A stretch of 61,262 nt of DNA, filler included, from Sphacelaria rigidula (lineage: Eukaryota): the NCBI GenBank assembly GCA_964200075.2. It is 5 parts of 5 records of this genome, joined end to end, with 100 filler letters (N's around TTAATTAATTAA, not from the genome) between each part and the next. Parts side by side here need not be neighbours in the genome. Positions count along the whole stretch, not along the records: positions 49,091 to 61,262 come from CAXNAA020004049.1; 4 more parts are not named here. One strand, written 5' to 3'. Below are positions 52,211-61,262 of the stretch, piece by piece. The translations under genes were made by a program, and so were the position numbers. Each line of letters begins with the position of its first letter. Within the stretch, counting starts at the first letter, position 1. The notes beneath the pieces were generated by a model. That model saw only the letters and a program-made list of their open reading frames with translations, made no database searches and was not told where the DNA came from.

Positions 52211-54248
52211 TGCTATGGTGCACGCGGTTACCACCCCTGCGCAGTGTTCCAAAGAACGCCAACACTACGAGAGCACTGCAAAAATTGTGCAGCTACACTG
52301 ACAGCACAAGATGGGCAAGATAGGGCGCAATGATAACGCACAGAGAAAAAATGACCTCGGTTGCTCGTGCTTTGATACGGTTGAGTGTTCAGTGCCTGGA
52401 TGGTCAAATACGGCAAGGCTACAAGGTAGTATAGTGTAGGTGTTCTGCTGCGGAACAAGATGACCAAATTGACCAACGAAAACACTCCAAATGGTCGCTT
52501 CCTGCTCTTCGGGCTTCATTCTCGGCCCAGATTTTTCCTTCGGAAACATGCATGGGTAACTTGGTTACCTTCTCGGTTGATCTGGGAACAGGAACCCCCA
52601 CCCCCTGGAAATTCCTGATATATCCCTGAACTGTCAGCCTGTGAAACTGTTCCGAGGCGAAGCTTGCATAGTAGGTACGTTCACATATTTTGACTCACAA
52701 TTACACTGTGGGGCTACTCTTTTTAAAGTACTAGCAAACTACTGGGGAAAGCTATGCAGAACAGTACACTAACTTCATCCGGCAAGCAAGGCCCGAAGCC
52801 GCACATCGCTATACAAAGTACCCGACACTCCACACCAAATGTTCGTAGTTGAGTACTACTTCATTTTCTCGATTGTCGAGGGTTCTGGAAGATCTTTTTT
52901 TCTTATCATGGAGTCAGAGTCCAGAGTGGAAGCTTTGAAACTTCAGAGTGGACGATGACAAGTTCAAAGCGGAAGCTGATTTGACATGGCTTGACGTGGG
53001 TTTTTATTGTGGCACTCATTGGCCGCAGGTTGCCCCGCGAAATGTGCGATCGACCAGCGTCCAGTTCGAAGTTGCACAGGTCATCAGCACGGCACTGACT
53101 GAACCGTACCCTGCGTCATCGTACGTACTGTACCGTACAATACGCTTCACTGCATTTGCAGTACTTCAATCCACTACGGCGCACTACAGGGTATTGTAGT
53201 GTTGTAGTGCTGTGCAGGGCAGATTACAGACAGAGCAGTACAGAGAGCGCAGTGCAGAACCCTACAACCGTGCATTGCGGTACGATGAACTATAGGGATA
53301 TCGTACAGACAGTCAGGTGTACAGTAGTACAGTACCCAGCACTGTCAAACAACAGACAAGGCCGCATTGTAATGATTTTCCAACATGCCACCCACAACGG
53401 TGGTGCAAGACGTCATGATATCTAACGGGATAGCAATGCAGCTAGATGTAGTACTGAGTACTGCGCTGTAGACTACGAATTGTTCACACCGTCTTTTACC
53501 AGCTGAAGGTGGCAAGAGTGAGGAACTGCACCCAAGGCAACGTCGTGTACCCGCCGAGAAGTTGAATTTTCACGCAACATAAACAAGCGAATGGTGATAC
53601 CATGGCGGCGTCAGGGAGGCCTTCTGATTGCGTTGTCAAGCGTTTCTACTTCGTGAATGGCTCATTGTGATGGGCATGACAGTTGTGATGGATGTTCCAC
53701 TTTGCTTGTTGGGGTGTGTTGATTTTGGACTGGCCGTGACCATGGTGGTGAAGGTGGGCGTGGTTCCTTTTCGTTTTGTCATCAACCCCAAAGAGACGTA
53801 ACGGTTGTCAGACTGAAGAGGTGCAGACGGCACACTGACGCTGAAAACATATATCTGAAAATAGAAATCAGCGTGGAACGTGCACTGTTACCGGCTATTT
53901 TTCCTTCCACTCTGACTCTAAGATGGGGAAAAACATTTCCCGAAACTTTCTAGTGTCCTTGCTTAGCACTCGGAGATACTAGAGTCGATATATATAATAG
54001 TGGGAAAAAGAACAGGTCTTGCTCACGACAAAATCCTCAAGATAGTGCTGTCGGGGTGTACGGAGTAAATACCTCGTTTATCCGGAGGGTGTTATTGACC
54101 GCCAATGGTCCAAAACACGGTGTTTTGGCTCTAGCGCATTGCATAAGTAAATTTCAGAAGCGAGTTACTTCTATTTGTTCACGAAATAATCGGGATTAGT
54201 TCAACTGAGCTAAATTACCGAAGCGTCAGAACCTGGGGCTGTGTAGTC

Positions 54249-54794
54249 TGGGTCCCGATCTCTGAGGCATGCCTCACTTTTTGCCCTAGAGCCCCTTTTC
54301 AGAAAGGGGTTGCCTGAGAGAGGGAATGGCGCCTGAGATGCCTTGTTTAGGCGAGGCAAATACATATACTACAACAAAGAATGGAAGTAAGGCGCACGAA
54401 TGACGACGCAACTTCAATTAGTTGGGGTACCGGGGTTTTACGTTTTGCCTCAGAGCCCCTTCCCGAAAAGGGGTTGCCTGATGAGGTGTTTTATGCCCGA
54501 GATGCCTTATTTGACAAAGGCAAACACATTGTACCACAGAAACCATAGCAATGAGTCAAGCTTGTGACAACGCCCACTCCAACTATTCGGGTGACCGGAG
54601 TGATTGTCTCAAGCAAGTCTATGGCACGTCTCAGGCAAGTCTCAGGCATCCCGAGCTATAAATATAAACGAAGGCCTTTCAGGCATGAATACGGGGTAAG
54701 GCATGCCTTAGCAGTTACCTGAGGCCCACTATTTTGCCCGAGACGTCGATTTGCCTTAGACCCCCCTTCGACATGCTTTATCAGTTAGGGCCTA
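54249..54794. mobile_element. hAT-like non-autonomous element, perfect 8-bp TSD GTGTAGTC, nested in another repeat
   Basis: TSD at 54241-54248 and 54795-54802. Imperfect TIR TGGGTCCCGA / TTAGGGCCTA. Many TGCCT/AGGCA motifs and an internal ~165-bp duplication. Confidence 0.82.
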
Positions 54795-57700
54795 GTGTAG
54801 TCACAGGATCCCCGAGAACCGGTCACCCCGTAAGTCGTTGAATATTGAGTATAGGAATGATTTTCTTTCCGGACTGTAAAGCAGATAATGCTATATCTCG
54901 ACCCCCAAATTCCTGGATCAAACGTTCGCCGTGATGAGGGGTAGCACGCGAAAGATTTTCTTTTAATCGTCAAATGTGGTTCCCAATTATGCGAATCCAA
55001 CATGCTTCATGGTTCTATGTAGAACCAGACCTACGGGTATTGTCCATAGGAAACTTCTAGCCACGAGGAAGGTTCCTCGGGTGTCGGCTACACCGCTCTA
55101 GGAGACTTGTCGAACTGTCCGTGTACCTTGGGGGCCACGGAGCAATGTGTCCGCTCGAGGCTCTGAGACGACACACACGATGCCATCAAGCTCACAGAAT
55201 GTGAGCTTGACTGGATTGTGGCTTGTCTTTTGTCCGAGACATGGTGCGCGCCTATGCTGCTCGCCCCCTGTCTCCTACTCTATTTCCCTGTCCGCTTCTG
55301 GGATCTTCACTGTCAGCTCTCCTGAGCATTGTCTTTCCTCAACGCACCGCCAAAGCTTAATGGACAGAGCACCCTGCTGTCTCAGAGAGGCGAGGGCTCA
55401 TTACCCTTTGGCGGTATTCTACTGTTGTGAACTAAACCATACAAACACGAATAAATAACAAAATTCGAGAGGTGTGGCCGGTGACCACTCTACTGTTGTC
55501 ACTACTGTGCCGTCGGTTACGGATGTTGGCACCAATATTCTCGAAGATTGCGCTGCCACCAACAGCGACCAGCGTCATTGGAGGACTCTTGGTTTGCTCT
55601 GTGGATACACGGGATCTTTTGGAGTATGCGGAGTTATCCCTCGAAAAACGCATGATGCGAACGTACATGCCACAGGGGGTGCTATACATCGTCAATACAG
55701 CATAAGCTGCACACTCGACAGCTGTACCGTACAGAGGGCACCAACAGTACAGTACCCTTGAGAAGCACTTGATCTGTGTCAAACGAGAGGATTCATGCGC
55801 ACAAAAACGAAGATCGCAAGCGACAGCGATGCAGGACCGTAGTAGTCGCACAAGGAGGCGGCACGCACATATTGCGCCGCACACATTCACAGCACCCCAG
55901 AATCCACGAGCATACCTGCTACCTGACAGAATAAATACTGTTCTGACTCTAGGTTGCGCCAGTAGGCAGCAGACGGGTGCTTTGAAACGCCATGCCAACT
56001 ACAGGGAACAACAACGATCGCATCGTCCTCCGAAAGCGATCATAATTTGTCTGTCACCTTTCTGTTTATATTTCGACTCAACGATCGCTGAAGAATGGTC
56101 GACCGCACTCCCGCCAAGCTGAACAGCAGTTTTCGCCAGGCTTAGGGGCGAGGCTGGAAGCTTAATGGGTGAGGATGTTTTCTTCCTGCTACAGTGGGAG
56201 AGTCGCGTGGCACGTCCCGTAGGTCGATTTTACACCCCCTAAAGATGAAGCGAGAATAAGTTATCAACAGTCATCTCTCGGGTTCGGGTGTGTCTTGTTT
56301 TGTGCGTAGGCAACACCAACTGACCATCAATAAGTAATCGTATCATATGATGTTGTGTCGTAGACATCTGACGACTTCGGCGGACGTTTTCTCTCGGGCT
56401 ATCCACGGCGATATACCAGAAATTCTGAAACTGAAACCCAACCAAACGTCAGAAATCTTTCCGCGTTCATCACTCTTTTGGGATTTTTTTCGCGTTTGCT
56501 CATGTTCTTGAATCTCGTGGAACGCACCACCATAACGTTTTCGATTCCCACCCCCACCCCCACATGAAAACAAATAATATTTTGACTCTGTACCACAACA
56601 CCTCTGGGTACATTGCTGCGTACTTCCTACCGCCTGGAGGGCACAGCTGTACTGTGAGGGGCGCCCGGAGACTGACCAAGGCGAGGTGGGTCGGATACTG
56701 TCTGTGTTACGGCGGGTGCCTTCAAGCTGCAGCAACGTATAACTCATGATCTGATTATCCTTTCTCTTTTGCAGGTTTGAAGCCATTCGTGCAAACACAA
56801 CACCCCAGTGACACGCGGCGCATAGATAACAAGGAAGTTGGAGTACACGGAAATAAATGTGACATGTTGGATTTCAAAGCTCTCGCCGAGAGATATGTGC
56901 ACAAACCAACCCCTGTGTGGTGGAGCGCTTCCTCTCGAGATGATATCTCATCGCACGGCTAGTGTACACTAAGCTACAGGCACAAACGTAACTTTTTATT
57001 AATGGCTGGCTGTAATAAGGGTCAGGATAACACGATCGAAATTGAAGCTTGCAAAACCATCCTGGAAGAGCCTACCCCCACCCCCACCCCCACCCCCCGT
57101 TCCCCTGTCGACCGATTGTGCATTTTAATGTAGGACTACAACCTGTTCTTGCCTGTGTACTACATGGAGGATATTGTCATCACTACGCCGACTTCGATGG
57201 ATATCCGGCAGCACACGCATGGACATCGAAGCCATCACCTCAAAAAAGCTCGACAGCACACGAAAGATATTCCGTGCTCCGAACAGCGCTAAATTTGCGG
57301 CATGTGCGGCACAAATAACAAGCTACAGTTACATTGAACAGAGTCGTGCAGTACAAGTATTTGCGTGTATCGATACGGTATAGGCTACTACTTCAGTATA
57401 CCGGTCAAATGAACAGGGTAATGCGCTTGTCTTATGAACAGGGCACTACACTGGTCGAATGGGTAGGATCTGGAGCAGCCTGAATCATGTTGGATCCCCT
57501 GCAAAAACCCAGAACGGAAATGCGAAATCTAAAATGTGGGAGATCTCTTGACATGCTGCGAATGCTATTACATCTATTTCTCTATACTGTATTGTGCATA
57601 CTGTACTGTGCGTGCGATATTTTTCGTCAGATATCCTACAGTTTGCGCAAGTGGGTTGATGACAATACAGCAGCTCTGAGCACAAATGTTGTCACAATCC

Positions 57701-60133
57701 TTTGGTAGCTCTGAGCACATCTGTTGCAGAGGCCGTTTGTAGGGGCCGTTTGGAGGAATGACAACGGCTATGCCTTCGACATTACCGTGTATAACGCAGT
57801 CAGTACTGACGATCAGCATGCAGTGATCCACGGGCTGTTTCAGGAGCGTGACAGAGGTGCCGCCGCCGCGTGTTTGACATGTTCAACAGTACAAACACAT
57901 GTTGTTGCTGTTTATGTACATTACTGTCTGTAGACAGCTACGACCAGCGCTCGTGAACTAAAGGCGGGCGATTTCCATCGACTTCCTCTTTTTGTTGTCT
58001 CGTCCTTACGTGGGCTTTGCTTACCCTTGGAGATCTCCGTCACCCTCAGACCAACGTACCTACTGATTGTACACTACTGCACTTATCTACCCTCTTCCAA
58101 GCATGCCGACCAGAACCTGAACATTAAAAGGCGAAAACGCAGCGGCCGACGGTGATGGCACACCACACTGCCGATAAACATACCCTCCACCCCCCTTTCC
58201 CCCCGCGGAGAAATTGGAAAGATTTTGGAGCTTCGACACACAAGAAGCACAAGATTTTGGAGCCTCGACACACAACAAGCACTTTCTTGATGGCGGGTCG
58301 AGTCTATTTTCTAGAGCAACCTTTGGAACCGCTTTTCCTCAGGACCCGTCGATTTTTCTTCTATCATTTTTAGGTGAAAAACATCACATCCGCACGTTTT
58401 CCACGAAAACAACAAAATGATGTTACTCGCTGGGATTCGAGTCCACTGGCCTGCATCACCCGTTTTTCCACCGTTCATCTCGATTTGGCCGGTAATAACA
58501 ATGATGATGGTCGAATACCATGGATGGTTTGGCTGAACCATCTATTATGATACTGCTCCTCACATCTACGTACACGCGCGACGTGTTTCTCACAGTAATA
58601 TTAATATCTGTGTTGCGTCCCGGGTGAGAGGTACGAAGAGTTTCTTTTTGGTATTTCATTAATTAAAAGTACAATGGTGAGGTGCGAAAAATTGGAGACC
58701 GCGGAGGGAGCAGAATGGTGAGGTGACTGCAACCCGACAGTATTACTGAGAACCTGGCTCACTTACCGCTTTTTACAGTACATACTGTAACAATTATTGA
58801 TGGCTAACTTGTATCCAGGTTCGGCTCTTCGTGGTGTATGTGGACATTGTTATCCGAGATTCCCGACGACACGGAGTATCAAAAGCTTCCCGAAAATTGA
58901 CGATCTAGGCTGAGGAAACGAATGATCAGAATCATCTGCAAAAACAGTCGTCCCAAACCAAACGGCCGTTGCTATTCGTTGCCACGTTATCAAATAGATC
59001 AATTTTCAAACACAGCGAACGATGTGCTCACAGGTATCCGGCAAGTACCAGGAGACAGCAAAAAGCGAACACAAAGCAAGGACAGCGACATGGGACTCGA
59101 ATGGGCTGAAATATGGAGGTGGCAGGTTCGAGGCATTAGCACGCGTGACTTGTTGTCTGCTGAGCTGCAACAAAATTCGTTTTTACCAGGCGTTCGCTTT
59201 CAGCTATTGCATGGATCTCTCACTAAATTGAAATTGCGTTTGTATTGCTGTTCAGTGCTGCAGTAGACCAAATAGCCGCCGCGCCTCGGTTGTCTGGCTG
59301 GAACATCAGTAGGCATTTACGGCGCAATAGGTCGCGTTCGGATTCCGACGTATCATACGATATTGTTTGAAGCCGTTGAAAGAGGGAGGTTGCGAGTAGC
59401 GAAGAAAACTCGGTGCCAGTCAATACGGTGCACTACTAGTGCTAATCCATTCCTCCGTATCAAAACGTTGGACAGGTACCGAGGGGGGGGGGGGGGGGGG
59501 GGGGGACACATGGTTATGGGTGTAAACAAAATATAAATTTTGTATTTATCCAAATGCGCCCTCAACAAAAAAAAACAAANNNNNNNNNNTGGACATCTAT
59601 GAGTCAGTGTGGTGTGCTGGGTGGGGTGTGGGGGGGGGGGGGGGGTGGGGGGGGGGGGGTGGTACTCATGGTTTTGCATGTCATCGACATATGTATTATG
59701 GTCATTGACCATTGGCCTCGCATCCTAAAAAAGCCGAGACGGAGCACGCCGGATTTTCGCCGGACCACGCTTGCAATTAATCACCAAGCGCGAAGCGCCT
59801 TGGTGTGTTCGGCAAGTCGCATGAAGGGTGAGCTGCAACCTGCTGAGATTGTTTTTTGGTTTGCTTCATTTTCTGCTTTCGTCACTTCCAGATACAGCCA
59901 CGGCTTGTACACTGCCTCATGGGTGTTTCACCATGCCGGGGGAGCGATGAATGGATCCCTCAATGCTACGAGCTGGTCTTGAGGGAGGCCAGGGGTTGAA
60001 AGTACGACGCAAGAAAGTCAAGGATAAAACATGTCACAATGGTCGATCTCTCCATAGATACAACAACAGCCTCATCTATCTTAGCAGCTAATTATTAATG
60101 GCGATTATCCGACGCTCCCTCGCAACAAAACAG

Positions 60134-60301
60134 GAGGGTACGAGTGGCGAAGACAACTTGTACGGTACAACGGCGGCGGAAGATGGTTCCGTGGTAGTCA
60201 CGGGACGAACCGCCGGAGACTGGGATGCCGACTCAGCCGGCGATTTCGACTTCATAGCAGCCAAATTTGACGCTGGTGGCAACGTGCAGTGGCGATGGCA
60301 G
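60134..60301 (+). CDS. Internal exon encoding one 56-aa beta-propeller-type repeat (SBBP-like)
   Basis: CAG|EGTSGEDNLYGTTAAEDGSVVVTGRTAGDWDADSAGDFDFIAAKFDAGGNVQWRWQ|GTGAGC; symmetric phase 0-0, 168 nt. Confidence 0.8.
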
Positions 60302-60493
60302 GTGAGCAACGCCTACATATCATTTTCGTTGCACACGGGCACAGGTTATAGCAAAATAACATCGTTTTTCGTTTTAGTATAGTTGTGCTCAGTTCATCCA
60401 ACATTTATGCATCTGTTGAGGTCACTCTTTGGCTAGGTGCTGTTTTAGTATGGCTCCGACACGGTCTCGCATTATCGTGCAAGACGCATCATT

Positions 60494-60700
60494 GATATGG
60501 ATATCCATCTGGTATATTCACCATTTTTGGTGTTAGATCCATCATGGATATATGGATGTCTATGATGGATATCCATTCGAGATGTGGATATCCATCACGC
60601 GTATCCATATTTGGGGCTAGGGCTAGGGCTAGGGCTAGGGCTAGGGTTGGGGTTGGGGCTGGTGTTGGGGTCAGGGTGAGGATGCGGGTTAGGGTGAGGG
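60494..60700. repeat. GGATATCCAT-motif repeat followed by a degenerate telomere-like (GGGCTA/GGGTTR)n tract
   Basis: Several GGATATCCAT palindromic motifs at 60494-60610; G3-hexamer run at 60613-60700. Confidence 0.7.
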
Positions 60701-61262
60701 AAGCAAAAAAGAAGGAAGCTAGGAATAAGCAGTCCAGGCGAAAATACTCGAGATGATGACCAAACCGTAGAAGGGATACAGGTACAAAAAAAGAAAGGAA
60801 GGAAGAGAGAGTATATACTATACAAGGAATTGTGATGATAGCCTCTGTATGACCCGACCCGCCTACTGATAACCTCCGGGCATGTTAACCCGAACCGTCA
60901 TCTCGGGCCTGTCAACCCCGGTACCATCCACCAATGATCCATCCGGGCTATGGTCATACTCCTCACGGGTGCCCAGCCACGTACCCTCGTCACTCAGTCC
61001 TATCCTTGCCCCAAGCTCTGCCCCAAACAGCTTACCCAGTCCAAGTCCACGCCACGTCCCTACAGGCGCCGTACCCCTACACAGAGTGAGAAGCTATACT
61101 TGTGCACCCTCCCCCCCTCAATGGTCTTCTGACTATGGCATGCATGATCATGAGTACACTTCCCCCCCCCACACACACACACGTGGTGAGACACCCATGA
61201 GGCAGTGTATAAGCTGTGGCTGTCTCGGGAAGTGGCGATACCAAAAAATAAAGCAACTCATT

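Noticed and set aside
57134..57292. RT-like YYMEDIVIT peptide
   Set aside because: It lacks YxDD and flanking RT motifs, so the resemblance could be chance.
56775..57860. Candidate plus-strand exons (56775-56962, 57730-57856)
   Set aside because: The splice sites are plausible but there is no recognisable protein and no phase-consistent chain.
59580..59589. 10-N run
   Set aside because: An ordinary assembly gap next to homopolymers, not a linker or a feature.

Overview
Eukaryotic, intron- and transposon-rich DNA, most likely from a brown alga (inferred from gene architecture, retroelement proteins and repeat types). The window is not one locus. Four identical 100-nt linkers (44 N + TTAATTAATTAA + 44 N) cut it into five equal pieces of 12,172-12,173 nt, so adjacency across linkers has no biological meaning. 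Piece 1 holds a spliced minus-strand gene for a secreted, putative glycosyltransferase-like protein, head-to-head with exons 1-2 of TRAPPC6/Trs33. Piece 2 is almost entirely a decayed minus-strand Ty3/Gypsy retrotransposon (gag-PR-RT-RNaseH-INT-chromo-like). Piece 3 holds a roughly 13-exon coiled-coil protein gene. Piece 4 holds the 3' half of a Ty1/Copia element with its LTR, plus a pol-less, gag-only relative of the piece-2 Gypsy. Piece 5 is mostly repeats, with one beta-propeller-repeat exon. Many small non-autonomous DNA transposons are present with readable target-site duplications (TSDs): Sola2-like (4 bp), hAT-like (8 bp) and fully palindromic elements. The most notable signals are the Gypsy pair (a reconstructed ORF of about 3,500 codons, an atypical CX2CX18HX4C knuckle, and a ~1.1 kb non-coding module kept through a ~7.6 kb deletion) and the Sola2-like MITE family. 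No rRNA, tRNA, CRISPR array or clearly novel enzyme system could be supported.
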